Below are positions 12,718-27,700 of a stretch of 64,000 bases of DNA, one piece after another. Source of the DNA: Takakia lepidozioides (lineage: Eukaryota > Plantae > Bryophyta); assembly GCA_030704615.1 (NCBI GenBank), contig CM060732.1, positions 2,294,001 to 2,358,000 of the forward strand, written 5' to 3'. Numbering within the stretch: position 1 is the first letter of the stretch; the number at the start of each line of letters is the position of its first letter. The position numbers and the translations under genes are program-made. Below the pieces are notes generated by a model that was given only the letters and a program-made list of their open reading frames with translations, was not told the origin of the DNA and ran no database searches.

Positions 12718-15700
12718 ATGGAGATATGTCTTTACGAGTGTGTTTGCTCTTCGCTGCGGGTGTATATGTATCGCAATGCCACGTTTTTGTGCGAGCGCCT
12801 CGTTGCCGAGTCTCCATCAGAGGTCAGGCGTCACCTCTTCTGCTCGTGTATGGGTGTTCTTGCCATCTTCGATTTTTTTTGGTTCATTTCAAATTAGTTC
12901 CAGGCATGAGGTAGTTGATTGAGGATTCTCTCGGCCTGACTGCCTTCTCTGCGAAATGACCTAAACCGCGTTGATTTATTCTCGCCTCCCTCACAAGCAT
13001 CAGGATTGTTGCATTCATGACGAATTCAAGGCAGGCCAAATTACTCGTTTTCTGTCTGCTCAAACGTAGCTTCCCAGTACATGTGTCTCCCTCGGAATTT
13101 CTTCTCTCCTCGCTCCCTCTGCGTGCTGATGAGGGAGCACGGAAGGAGTAAGGAGCACATGCCCTCCCCCAAGTTTGCCAGAATCTCCCAATATTCACAG
13201 ATAGCAGCAATGCTCTAGGTTTGTTTTGTATGACTTATACAGTGCTTGGGCACTCCCTGGCGGTTTATGTGTTGAGTGTAAATGTGTCTTGAGGGTTGGG
13301 AGGAAAGTTTGCCTATAGGCTTTGTGATGTGGTTAGAATGCCTTGCCCTTTTTATAGCAGCCTGATGTTCATAGATGTTTTGAGAGAGAGACACACCCCT
13401 GTCCAATGTCTTACAATCATGATGAAAGTGAGAGGTTTCTCCACTGGTGGCAAGCAGTTGTCGTGTTTGAAATTTTGACCAATGAGCTTCATCCAACATG
13501 TTTTGGAAAGAAAGTTACAGTGCAGGCAGTAAGATGCCTAACCATACTGCTGGCATTTGGAAACTGCACTTTACGAAGAAATTTTGTTCAAATTCGGATC
13601 CCAACCATTCCTAGGAGTTTACAATTGTAAGGATCAGTAAGAGTTTGTATCTGTGTTGGGGAGAGGAAGGAGAGATGACTGTCTGGATTGAATTGTGGTC
13701 TCTTACATGGATGAATTTCAGAATAATTTGCACCTTCTTGCAACCTGCTACATGAGGAGCAACCAAGCCCACAGAGCCTACCATGTGTTGAAAGGTATGT
13801 TATAAATTATAGATGTTCTTCTCAGGCGTAGGTGTTGTAAACTTCCATACACTTCATCCTCAGTTTTACTTGTCCTGAACCTATTTCGGAATGCTGTATT
13901 CAAGCCATTCAATATCTACTGGGTTGAGTTCTTGTGAGAGTATGTGGGTTTGTGGGCAAACGTTTTGGGTCAACTCTTCATCTATAATGCCCACTTTTGA
14001 ATCTTTGTTCCACAAGCTTCAAGGCTCATAGTACAAATTATCTGTCTTGTCCATTTCCTCCTTGGTTATATCAAGATTTCAAAATCTTCGGACTAGTTAC
14101 TAGTACTATAGTTATGATCAATAACTTCTCCTTACAGCTTTGCAGTAGTTGTGTGGCTTGGAAAGAAATTATTCTGCATCTCTCTGGGTTTCTCTTCTTG
14201 ACTCAATCACTACCTTTGAACATTAAATAGATGCAGAGAGGAAAAGGAGATTGTAATTTCTGGATGTGCGGGCAGCCTGAAGACAACATCCAGTTTTCTG
14301 ATACATTGTCCGGATTATTCACACCAGAGAGTGACCCTCTTCACATCAATAACATTGTTCTGGCACCTCTGTGCACCAATCTGGAGGCTGAGCCTAAAAC
14401 CCTGAGCTTCTGTGCGGTGGAATATTCTTGGCCGAAAAAAATCCCGAACCTCTGCCGAGCCTCTCCTGAACCACACCCTGGCAAGATTGTTGGGGTCTAA
14501 TCGCACAGACAGCAGGTTGATGCTTGTGTGAATGGCTTTCTAGAGGATATCTGGAAAGCTTGAACTAATTGTCTTTTATCTTGGTGAGCCCCACAACAAC
14601 ATGAGTGAGCCCGTCACAAAGGTAGTGTCTGTTCCCTTTTGTTCCGTCCAAACTGGGCGCGGGGCTGCGGCAAACGTCGTCTTATGAGTACATTTTTTCT
14701 CTCTCTCGTCTCTTTGTAAATGAGACATTGCTGGCTATGTATGTGTGCAGGGTCAAAATCATCTCAATGTCGCTATCTACTTGCACTTGCATGCTTTGAG
14801 ATGGAAAATATGGCAGAGTCGGAAGCTGCATTATTAAGCTCTATTGAGCCTGGAGCTGAGGTTGGCTACTTGTAGATGTGACTATGTGAATATTTCTGCC
14901 TCGGAGATTAGTCTGTCTGTTTCATCTCTCGTCTCCTGCTGATCAAATTTGACAGTCTCAGAAAACAACAAATTCTCTTAAAAGATGACATGTTTATTGA
15001 AAGTGATGAATGACTTTTGAAGCTCTGTTAAGTTGCAAATTTGCTGTGCGCTTTCTCATTGCTAAATGTCGGGCAGTTATGATGTTTTTTGTGACTAGTG
15101 GTCGATGGGTACAGGTACTGAATGGAGCTGCAAGCTACTATATGCTGGGTGTCATTTGTAGGTTAGCTCTTCTGCTCTTCCTCACTTTCGTTACGCTGTT
15201 CTCTCTTTATCTTATCCCTCAGTCTGCTGAACCCTCCATCTTCTCACTCCTGGATGTGTGAGCAAGAGAATGTTGTTAGGTGTAGGATATCCACCTCACT
15301 ACATTTTACCCCGCGCATTTGGTGGGTGAGATATGGATGTACTCACTTCTGGGCACAGACTTGACAGTCCTTATTGTCATGCCAACTGGCAACATTGTCT
15401 GATTAAATTCATTGTACATGTGTTGGAGGATGTTGCAATGATAGACTAATGGGCACTGAACTCCATGCCTTTCCAACTATCCTTATCTTGAATTTGCCCT
15501 CCATACTAGGGCCCATACTCTTGAGGTTGGTCAAAGGAGAGCATTTTCAGTGCCAAGTCAATACCCCAGTAGTGAAAAATTTGGACAGTGCTACCATCTT
15601 TCCTGTGCCCACTTCAACAACCTTGGGATGTGTCTCCCGCTGGAATCTTGGGGAATCACTTCTAAGAACTCCTGCTTTCTGTCAACTTTCCATTATTGTC

Positions 15701-18700
15701 GAAGGTACGACAACTTTCTTGTTCACAGTGCCTTGGAGTCTTCATACTTCTGAGGCTGGCTACTATCTCCTCTAGACTTTTCTGGATTGTCCCTGAGGTT
15801 GAAAATCATCTCTTAGTACTTTGCCATGGACAGTAGCTAATTTATAAAATACAGGGGCGGGTGCCTCGTGCAGTAAGATGGGAGTGGCTATGCTTTTTTT
15901 AAGGACCAGTCAAGTCAGGGTGTGGGTGTAGCCCTGAAGTGTTGAAGAAGTTGTATTTCTGGGCATTCTGGAAGTCAGAGTTCCTCACTGTTCTATAAAA
16001 TATGCATCACTCACCACCCTTCACCTTTAATCTTGTTAGCTGAAAGCCTAACCAAAATGTTGTAGGTTTCTGTTGATGTCCTGACAGGAGATATAAGTGG
16101 ATTGCAACACTATGTAGTGCTGTCCTAGGCATATTTCCAATAGTTTTCTTTTGTCTGAATCAGTCTATTAACGTCAGTCCCCACCCAACGGTGATCAGAG
16201 GTGCCTGTGTCAGTTTCAGAATGGACACACATTGGTTACTGTTCTTCATCCATTATAATTTAGTCCACCGTCTTTATCCTGCAGACCCATTCGTCCATTG
16301 TGTTGTATTTAGCATGTCTCTATGCTCGGATGTACTTTAGAACATGAGATTTGTTTGAAGTCTGCATAAATTGCTCCTTGGCACTAGACTGAAATCTAAA
16401 CTCAGGGCGGGATTACCTTTGAACAAAAAGCAGATGCAGAGAGGAAAAGGAGATTGTAATTGCCTGATGTGAGGGCAACCTGAAAACAATATCCATTTTC
16501 TGGTATATTGTCCGGCGTATTCTCACCAGAGAGTGGACCCCTCTTCAGGAGTATCAAGAACACGGTTCCTCTCTGTTCACCAACTTCCAAATCTCGAGGA
16601 TGAGCCTAAAGCCCTGGCCCTGTTGGGTTCTAACTTTTGGGCTGCTTTCACACAGCTTGTGTGAAGGGTTTTCTAGGGGATATCTAGAAAGCCCAAGCTA
16701 ATTGTTTATATCAAGGTAGGTCACACTACTGGAGTGAGCCCCTCACTAAGGTAGTGCCTATTCCCTATGTTTCCGTCCAAACTCTCTCCACAAGGCTAAC
16801 AATGTCTCAGGAGTACATTGTCTCCTCTCTCTGTGAGAGAGTACGTCTTATGAGTACATTCTCTCTCTCTGTAGTTTTTAAGTGTCGTGTTTCTGATTTG
16901 AATGCTAAAACTATGTCTTGGCCAAATTCTTCTGTGTTGACACAGAACTCGGTATGTCTGCACCCTCTGTTGTGATGAAGTCAGTGGGTAGTTTTAACAG
17001 CTGGTCACTGTTATACGGGATTTAGTTGGTTTTCTCATCCTCTTGGCTTGACTCTCTAGTGACGAGAGGAAAGGGAGAGTGCAATTGCCCGTTGTGTGGG
17101 CAACCTGAAGACAATATTCATTTCCTGATTCACTGTCCGGGGTTATCTCACCAGAGAGACGCTCTCCTCAAATCTATCAAGGGAATTGTGCCTGTACCTC
17201 TGTTTACCAACTTTGAAAGTCTCGAGGCTGAGCCAAAAGCCCAGGCCCTTCTGGGGCCTGGTTATTGGGCAAACCACACACAGCAGATTGATGCTTGTGT
17301 GAAGGGATTTCTAGAGGATATCTGCAAAACCCGGATCTTCCCGGAACTTGTTTCGAGTCTGACATGGGAGAGGCCATCATGGATGACCTCAAGGGTTTAC
17401 CCACCCTCGGCACTAGACTGAAATTTAAACTCAGGGTGGGAAGCCTACCTTTGAACAGCAAACAGATGCAGGGAGGAAAGAGGGATCGCAATTGCCCGTT
17501 GTGTGGGCAACCTGAAGACAATATTCATTTTTTGATTCATTGTCCTATGAGATCCGTGATCTGTTTGAGGGGAACTCTCACAGGTTTCGTGGAACTCAGA
17601 GCCTCAGTCCCTTGGTCTCTTGCCCTTGGTAGCAAGTCCAGCAACAAAAGAAGGTGAAGTGGCCTCACCTGAATCGAACACAGTCAACCAACAAACCAAC
17701 AGGTTCTTGATCCTTGTGGAACCCCAGCTTAAACCCCTTCACACTTGTTATCAATGTCATTCCCTTCCACAGGTCAGGAGAAGAGAGTTTATGGAGGTCC
17801 TATTTTAGCCATAGCACTAGGCACCGATGTTGAGCTGTACTCCAGGGGGTGGTGTTCACCCGACTGTAAGCATCCATCTCCAAAGAGAGTGCCGTGTATC
17901 AAGGAAGTAGGCAGTTTAGCTTAGCACTCTGTGTAGTAAAGCTACACTATCCTAGGAGCTTAGAAGCAAGGCCCTCAAGCAATAGGTCCCATGTAGGGGT
18001 CCTTAGCTTGTAGATAGTGCACAGGTTCAGAGTATAGCTGGTCAAGTCCATGTTCCTCTTCATACCTTCCTCTCCCTTTGTGTATCCATATCATACAGCC
18101 TTCAACTTTTGTATGTTCGTCTCCCAAATGAGAAGAATGGCCATGGCATCTAAAGATATGGGAAGGTTGTATTGAGTTATCCACTTAGGGCAGACTCCAA
18201 TGAGTCTCTCCATTTACCTATTCCATTCTGGACACATTTCTCAACACATAAACGGGATTACGTAATTCCTGCTTCCAAGATATAGAGGTGATTAACTTAG
18301 GATACCTGATATTACTTATACGTTGCAGCTGACCCCACTATCTGACCTTGAATCATCTCGTTGGGAGCTTAAGGGAGGGATGCCAACCTCACCCTGAACA
18401 GCCACATTAGCTGTCTTGGAGCATGCTGAGATGCACTCCTTGAGCAGCCCCACTTGTATGGATTCTAGAGGCTTAGCCTGGTTGGAGTTATCAACCCACA
18501 CTGCAGATGCGTACTCCAAGGCAGGCCTATGGCAAAGCATGGTTTTTTACTTCAGAGTTGATCCCTCTGCAGTGGAAGAATTTAGTGAGACCCAACGCTT
18601 TGCGCTTGCCAGATTGAACAACTTTCTGAATATGTGCATCCCAATTACAGTTGGAGGAAAACTCAACGCCAAGGTATGTGTAGGAAGGGAGGACAGGAAT

Positions 18701-21700
18701 TACTTGGCCTCCCCACTGCCACTTGAGATCGGCTCCTCCCTCCCCTCGGTCGTTGAATGCTACCACTGCACATTTGCTGACATTAGCCTCTAGCCCCCAA
18801 AGATCAAAGTATCTCTTCGCGCAATCAATCAACTCCTGGAGATTGGCTGGAGTCTCCCCCTATGCCTGCGAAGTCATCCGCCAACATACGGGCTGGTATG
18901 GTGGTATCACCCACCCTTAACCCAAATCTCTCACTTTCCACATCCTCGAGGAGTTGATTGATGAAAACATTGAAGAGCAGAGGGGAGAGAGTACATCCTT
19001 GAGCTACACCTTGGTCTATGTCAAAGAAGTTGGACTTCTGTCCGTTAACAGTGACACAGCTTTTGGTGTGAGCATACAAGTTGTGGACAACTCTCCACAT
19101 CTTTCCCTTGATCCCACAAGACCAGAGGCGGAACCATAGGCCATCTCTCCACACTGTGTCATAACCTTTTTGACATCCAGGAAAAAAACATAAGTGGGTT
19201 TCCCTTCTTTTTTCCTTCCCTGGATAATCTGGCTTAGAGTGAAGATATGATCCACACAGCCCCTGTTTCTCTGACAGCCAGCTTGGCCGACATGGAAACA
19301 ACCACCTCAAAACGAGTACTTATAACTCTGCAAATTGTCTTGACAACTGCATTGAGAAGCGTGATGCCTCGATAGTTCCCCTGCTCTTCTCTGTCACTTC
19401 TTGTGTAGATTGACAAATGACCCCCTGTCGCCGGCGAAATGGGATCATTTCAGTCCTCCAGATAAGAGTAAAGAGAAGTACAAGGGCCTCTATCATGGGG
19501 TCGCCACCTTGCCTGATAAGCTCGTTGACTATGCCATCAGGTCCACCAGCTTTATATCCGTTTAAATTCTCAATTGCTTGCACAAAGTTGTAACCCTTTG
19601 ACATACACTCCAGGTCATCAGGGCTGTCTTAAGATTTTTCCAACTGTGTCCTTCCATTCTTCAGAAGACCCCTCACTGTTTGACCTAGAATTTCTGCCAG
19701 GATACTGTAGTGAGTTTCAAAGGTTTTGACAATGTCAACTTGCTGACAATTTTCGGCGTGTACAGACGTGGAAGGGCCAAGCAGCATCTCCTGTCATTAC
19801 CACCATGGTCATTTAAGTTTATTTCACTGTATAACTTTCACTGTATATCTTTGCGGATCTGGTAGTACCTAGCCCACAATTCTTTGTTGACTTTCGAATC
19901 TCAGCACTCTTTATAGAGGACTTGTCTCTCAGCTATCTTGAGTTTGATCTCATTGGTCCACCAATTAACAGCTCGACCGCAGACAATCAGTCTCCTCCCA
20001 AAGCCTCGGGAGTGGCGCATAGAAAAATTCCAAAATGAAGAGGTCACGGCTGAGTATGTCCAGGCCTTGCATCACACATCTCTTGGTGTTGGGGAAACAC
20101 CTTTTGGTCTCAGTCTAAACCAGGAAGTGGTCAGATTTACCAATAGCAGTTCTGTCGATCAACACATCGGCACTCTGGGGAAACAAGTTCTTGTCCACTA
20201 TGATATAATCCACAATGGATCGGTCCCCAGTTTGGGCTTTCTCACGAGTCCACTGCATAAGTCTCCTTTTAACCTATTATTCAAGGTCAAAAGCTAAAGT
20301 TCTTCCAGACAGTTTATTAACCGTCTTCCATTAGAATTCAGCTCGTCCTCACCAAAAGGCCCAATGGTCTCATCCTGAAGAAGTCCTTTACCCACCCAGG
20401 CATTGAAGTCTCCCAATAAGACCACCTGACCTTGGGCAAGGAACTTAGCACAGTCCAGCTGTACCTCTTTGAAGGCTTTGCTGCGTCAGCACTAAGAGTG
20501 ACCTCTGTGGGGATGTAAACACAATCCACAAAGATGTCCTTCCTACTCGCGCCGCCCATCAATTTCAGTTTCAGCCAGATACTGTGCTCATACTGCAACC
20601 CTTGTTGATAATTTCACAATTGTCACACAAGAAATCTGGGACAAAGAAGCCAACACCTTTTTGACCACGCTTAGCGGAGGCCGCCTTAAGTGCACACATC
20701 TTACCAAACCACTTATAGCCATTGACATCTCCAACCAGTTTGTCCAAAGTTTCCCATGTCTCTGCCCTGCACAGATACGAATACCATTTGCCTGAAGAAC
20801 TTGTCCCACTCCAAATTGTTTCCTTTGGTTAGTCAGCCCTGAGAAAAAGTGCCCAGCTGCAAGCCAGCCCTTTGCATACGGATTGTTTGCCGTCTAGGTG
20901 GTCTATGATTGCTCCTGGACGGCCAACCGATCTGCAAAGGGGGTACGATTACCCCGTGTGTAGATTTTGCTCGTCTTGTGTAAACTTTAAGGATTGGCAA
21001 ACAATTCAGAGTACCATATCCTTCACTCATACGACGCTCAGACTCAGCACACATAGGGCCAGCTAGTCTGTCTGGCGGCTTGGTATCAACCTCATCCAGG
21101 GCAGCAAACCGATTAGAAACTTTCAAGTTGAAGTCCCCACCCTTGGTTTTCTTCCTAGAGTGCATCATTGAATCACCAATGTCTACGACCGCTCTCCAGC
21201 CTGTCAAGGGACAAACTTTTTTGAAATTGATTTGATGTGAGACTCTATTTTCAGCATTTTTAGACATTGAAACCTTCAAAGTACCTCTGTTATTAAGTCT
21301 CGAGATGGTGCCCATAGCCACATAATCCAAGCCTAAGCTGGAGCAGGTAGTTGTAAAGGACACATCATCCATCCTGGGATTCACCCCAAAAACTAGACCC
21401 CGACCCTTGAGAAAATCGCGGTGCCTTGTTTGCTGTTGAAGTGTCCGCGCCAAATCCGGTGTCTAAGTAGTAACCTAGATTGTGGAGTGTTGTTATCATC
21501 TTGGCATCATGGTTAAATTGATGGATTTCGCAGGCTATAAGTTTAGGCACAAGGACCAACCCTAGCCCAAGTGCCGAGCATGCTAGACAGCCCTCTACTG
21601 CCCATTTTGGGCGGAGGGGCTGCCCCCAAGCGGTAAGGGTCCGCTTGTTACCATTCAGAGATCACCACTGCTAAGGAGCTGCAGGGAATGGTCCACGTAG

Positions 21701-24700
21701 ACATATTCTAAAGAGGGAGAGGCCCCAAACTCTCCAAGTAAATCCAAAGCACTACCTTACCCGAAGCAGAGTGCTTCAGGTCAAAACGAACCAAGACACA
21801 ATGTCACCAGGCCAGCATTTAGTGACAGAGACCTTCATCTACTCCCATATCGAGTCCACCCAATTGCAATAGGCTTCCTAGAGGGCAGGGAGAGAGAGAG
21901 ATGTACTCATAAGACGTTGTTTGCCGTAGCCTTGTGGCCATTGACCCCGCGCCCAGTTTGATCGGAAACAAAAAGGACAACCTACCTCTGTCAGGGGCTG
22001 ACGTTGGTAGTAAGACTTACCTTCATATATAGAATTAATCCGGGTTTTCCAGATATCCTCTAGAAACCCCTTCACACAAGCATCAATCTGCTGTGTGTGA
22101 TTTGCCCAAAGACTAGGCCTCAGGAGGGCCTGGGCTTTTGGCTCAGCCTCGAGACTTTCAAAGTTGGTAAACAGAGGTACAGGCACAATTCCCTTGATAG
22201 ATTTGAAGAGAGCGTCTCTTTGGTGAGAGAACCCCGGACGGTGTATCATAAAATGAATACTGTCTTCAGGTTGCCCACACAACGGGCAATTGCACTCTCC
22301 CTTTCCTCTCTGCTTCTGTTTGCTGTTCAAAGGTAGGCTTCCTGCCCTGAGTTTAAATTTCAGTCTAGTGCCGAGAGTGGGTAGACCCTTGAGGTCATCC
22401 AAGATGTCCTCCCCCATGTCACTGACTGGAAACAAGTTCAGGGAAGTTTTCTGCCTAACTTCGTTTTCATCAGACAATCTCATGGCAACAGACATGGCTT
22501 TGGACACTACAGTCTCTTAGTCAGATTTATCCAGCAGGGTCAAGACTTGCGGTTCCAGGTCCAGGTCCTTGATAATCTCTTCTACTCTCTTCTGCCAGGA
22601 CTTAGCCTGTTTGACAGGGCGGTCCTGTTTCCAAGATATAGAGTCGATTAACTTAGGATATCTGGTGTTGGACATATGTTGCAGCTGACCCCACCATCTG
22701 ACCTTGAATTCATCTCGTCGGGAGCTTAAGGACGGAATGCCAAACCCACCCCGAACAGCCACATTGGCTGTTTTGGAGCATGCTGACATACATTCCTTAA
22801 GCACCCCCACTTGAATGGATTCTAGAGACTGACGGCTTGGGGACAATTACCCCGTGTATAGAATTTGCTCGTCTTGTGTAAACCTTGAGGATTGGTAAAC
22901 CATTCAGAGTACCAAATCCTTCACATACAGGACGTTCAGGTTCCGTACACTTAGGGGCAGCTTGTCCGTCTGGCTGTTTGGATTCAACCTCATCCAGAGC
23001 ATCAAACCGATTAGAAACTCTCAAGTTGAAGTCCCTGCCCTTGGTTGTCTTCCTAGAGCACCATTGAATCACCAATGTCTAAGATCTTTGAGATTGAATT
23101 GATGTGGGACTCTATTAGAAGCACTTTTGGGCATTGCAACCTTCAATGTACCCCTGTTATCAAGTCTCGAGATGGAACCATTAGCCATGAAATCCAAGCC
23201 TAAGCTAGAGCATGTAGTTTTGAAGGACACATCGTCCATCCTGGGATTCACCCCAAAAACTACACATGAAGCCCTAGATTTGGCATAAGTAACCAATTCC
23301 CAGGAATCACCCTGAGGAGTGTTGATGTTGATAGGAGCTAAGATTTTGATTGTTGTCGCAGGCCATAAGTTTAAGCACAGGAACCAACCCGAGCCCAAGT
23401 GCCGAGTATGCTAGACAGAGCATACGACTGCCCAATTTGGGCGGAGGGGCTGCCCCCAAGCGGTAGGGGTCCGCTTGTTACCATTCAGAGATCACACTCC
23501 AGGGAGTTGCAGGGAATGGCCCGTGTAGGCATATTCTAAAGAGGGAAAGGCCCCAAGCTTTCCAACTACATACAAAGCACTACCTTACCTGGAGCAAAGC
23601 ACTTCAGGTCGAAACAAACAAAGACACGAGGTCACAAGGCCGGCATTTAGTCACAGAGACATTAATGTACTCCCGTATGAAGTCCATCCAATGGCAAGGC
23701 TTCCTAGAGGACAGGGAGAAAGGGAGAGAGAGAGAAAATGTACTCGTAAGATATTGTTTGCCAAATCTTGTATGATTTTGCGCTAGAAGGAGGGCTTGGA
23801 CCGAGAGAGAACGAGAGAGAGAGCGGGGGGGGGCGGGGAGTGTTTAACAGAAACTGGCTGGTGGTTCATTGTGACTTTCATTTTGTCTCTGCTTTTCATT
23901 CTGGGAGATTTCTGGATTAGCTGAATTTTGGTCTCTTCTGCAGACTTACTGACCGGCGGCAGGCAGCAATTGGACATTATACACAGGCACTATCACTGGA
24001 TCCCTTTTTCTGGTCTGCTTATGAAGATTTATGCTTGCTGGGTAGGTACACACTATGGATGCTTCCCTTAACCTTGGTTCTCACTTGTCTATTTTGTCTA
24101 GCATTATGCTTTTTGTGGTACATCTGCAGAGAGAGTGTAGTTGAAGTGTCTTATTGCCTGCAAAGATAGGAGATGCTGCCAGGATGAATGGTTTTGTTGT
24201 GAATGGTAAGATTACTAACTTATTTTCTTCAATGAATGCGGTCCTAATAGTGTTGGAGGAAGGCTTTCCATGACTTATATTACGCTTTCAGAGAATATCT
24301 TGATAGGGAGTCTCACTTGAAACTATAACATCAGGTACTGAGCAAGATATTAGGTTAGGGCATAAGTTCTCCTTGCACTGGTCATGGGATTGTACCTACA
24401 GCCAAGCCAGTTATGAAGCGGTGATCACTGGGTAAATCAGTTACATAGTGTATGGGTACTTGGGGATTTGGAATCCTTGGGGGAAGGATTAGGCCCCGCG
24501 CTGCATTGGTTACATCTGTTAGAAGATGCGCATCTCCAAACTGGAGGCAGTAGTCCTCGGGTGAAAACACGCCATTACTCACATTGTCCTTCTTATTTTG
24601 TGGTTAGAATTGTAAATAGGTAGGTTTCTGACTCTCTTCTGCTTGATGGAGAAGGAGGCAGGACTTACATCTAACAGGAAGGAGAATAATAGTTAAGACA

Positions 24701-27700
24701 TTACTCCATGGTGAACCTGTTTGGTGCACAGGCTCATGTGGGGGCATATTCGGGGTTGGATCTCTGTTGGAATGTACTGGACAGGGGCTGAAGAGGATGC
24801 AGCTGCTCTATATGGAGAAATGGCAGTGTCGCACCTCCAGCAGCAGCAACAGCTACAGCTTGATGTGCGTTCTCAATCGTCAGTCCCACCAGCTTTCATT
24901 GTGGATGATTTTGATTCAGCATTTGGACTCCAGTTTCTTCGCTCACCTTTCTCTGGCAATGGGAGCCCTAAGCACTCAAGGCTGCCATTGGGAGGCTCTT
25001 TGATTGATGCTGGCGTTGCTGGGTGTGGGTCCTCATCTTCTGGCTTTTCGACTCCTTCGTACAGTACGCCTTCTCCCAGTGCATCTGAGGTGCAATCTTG
25101 AGCGTTGTAAAATTACCTTTGCTGATTTTTGCTGTGGGTGGATGTGTGAAGAGCATACGAACAGCTAAATCGAACAAGGGGTATACTTATCTGTTGTCGA
25201 TGGACTCTTGGACTGTTCATTCCAAATGGTCATGACATACTCATGGAACTGTTTGTGGGCTTTGAAACCCACTGGGGTCTGAGACCTAGCCTGACATGGG
25301 GCTCGTGCACAATTGACAATAGTCACGTTACAGCTAATGGAGTGTTGGTAAAGGGCTGGTATTATATATCTTACCAGAGATAAGTATGCTGATATCAGCA
25401 CTGCTAACATAGCGGTCTACTGATGTGTTGGTTGAGTGATGCCAAGGTTATGCTCAATTTTTAGGTTAGGTACTGTTAGGTACCCTTAGGTTCTGTTTCA
25501 GCTTTTCCTTGTAGAATAGATACTAGAATACGTAGACATGCCAGGGGGACACAGACCAAACTACAGATTAATGCACCTTTCAATAAAAAGAATTCAGAAT
25601 TGTACCAACACCTTTTTTCCATTGTCTCAGTGAGATAGGTTTCGATTTGTTCTTACAGGTGCCAACCGGAGGTCCTCAAGCCCCAGGCCGTAACGTGCAG
25701 GGGCTGCCAGGTAACAGCCCATTTGGAATTGGGAGTTCTATGGGGCACTCCTCAGTAGCAACTGGAGACAATCTCCCAAAGGCGAATGTTGGTGCTTCTG
25801 GTCATCCACAACAACGCCGCAAATTGGTCGATCCTGACGGCAAGTTTCGAAAGGTTCTGAAGATTTCTCCCATCTTCCAGCTACATCTAACATGAAATGG
25901 GCTTAATCCAACAGCACACATCTTCTGGGTGGTGGTTGAAAACATGCAGATCATATTATAGATTGAATGCAAACGTAACATTAGACTAGCGCACTTCTAG
26001 TGTATGGGAGGGATATTCATGCTGCGCTTGCAAAGCACTTATCACAGCTCCACGGAATAGACAATGGAATCTCCCACGGATCTCATAGTATAGAGGGCAA
26101 TAGAAGAAGAAGCGTTCTTCAGTTTCAATTTCCTGGTTGCGCCCTGTGCAAGCTGGACAGAGGCAGAAAGAAGAAAGAAATAGACTTTATAACATGCACA
26201 AGAAGATTGAAACTTATTATCCTCCACCAGGGTTAGAAAACTGTGGATGACGTAAATATTTCAAGCTTGGTTGCTTTTTTTTGCTGTGTCATGAATTGCT
26301 TTTTGAGGTCTTGCAGGTGCCTAGAGGCTTCCGTCACGTGTACCATGTCCAAACTCAAACAGTTTAATTATGATGACATTACAAAAGTACAGTAAGATTT
26401 ACCACGGGATGTCTTCTATTGATATCCTATGTCAACAGAGCTATGCATGATTGGTGCTAATAAAAGTATGCTAATGTATGAGTGTGACTCTGTTGAGTCC
26501 TTCAAGGGTTGCATGTATTGTGGCATATGTTGATGGATTAAATTGTTGCTGGGGCATGGCTGCAGAGTATACGATCCCTTTCTACACGTGCTGCATATAC
26601 TCAGGTTGGTTTTGCTTGGTTTTTCTGTCTTGTTGTGTGTGAAGAATACTCCTGTGGTTTCCATGTTTGCAATGCACGCAGTACCTATCTCACTGTCTGT
26701 GTGTGTCTATTCTGCTATGGGTGGCATAGTTTGAGCTGTCAATTGCCACTTTCGCACTCTGTGGATATAGCTCTTGCAACTGGGATGTTGTTTCGATGGA
26801 TCTACTTTCCGTACACTGTAGCTGTTTTGAGGGCTTCAGCTTTTCATATCTTCCCTGGGTAAATCCCTGGGTGCCGTAACAGAGGGAATAACTGTTACAC
26901 CGTGTGTGGGAATAGATACCTGGAAGGCTTTTTGAGCAGCCTAGACGAAGCACAAGACTCAACACAGGCGGAGATGCAAATAATGCATCACAGCAGCTTT
27001 GCTCGGCAACTGGCAGCACATCAGTAGCTCAATCTGCTAGTGGGACTGTAAGCAGTCTTCTCCCAGGTACAATTGTTGGGAGTCCAGGATCAGGCGGAAG
27101 GGGTGGAACTGCTAACCCCTTACGTATGAGCAATTCAAAGAAGGGTTCAGGAGGCACCATGGATGGCAGCTTTGATGAGGGTGAGTGAAATTGATGCATT
27201 CACCTGTTTCTACTCTTGGTTGTGTTGCTCACAATCCAAGTTCTGGGAATGTAAGTGAAAAACCATGATCTGAGGTTGCACATGCCAACAGGTTTATCAA
27301 AGTTTTCCAACAAACATGAAGAGATTTTGGGTGTCCAAGGTATTTTAAGGATCTGAAAGACTCATGTGCTAGATTCTGTGAACTTGAATCTTAATGCTGT
27401 GGATTTGCCAACCGGTTTATCAAAGTTTTTCAACGAACATGAAGAGTTTTTGGGTGTCCAAGGTCTTCCTCCTCAGTGTTGTGATCACCCTCTCCTGGTC
27501 TGTCTGCACTTGGTCGCTTCTTTGCCATGTCTTTGGCCAGGAAATTGTGTGATGAAAATGAAGTTAGGCAGAAAACTTCCCTGAACTTGTTCCCAGTCTG
27601 TGACATGGGAGAGGCTATCATGGATGACAGGTTTACCCACCCTTGGCACTAGACTGAAATTTTAAACTCAGGGTGGGAAGCCTACCTTTCAACAGCAAAC

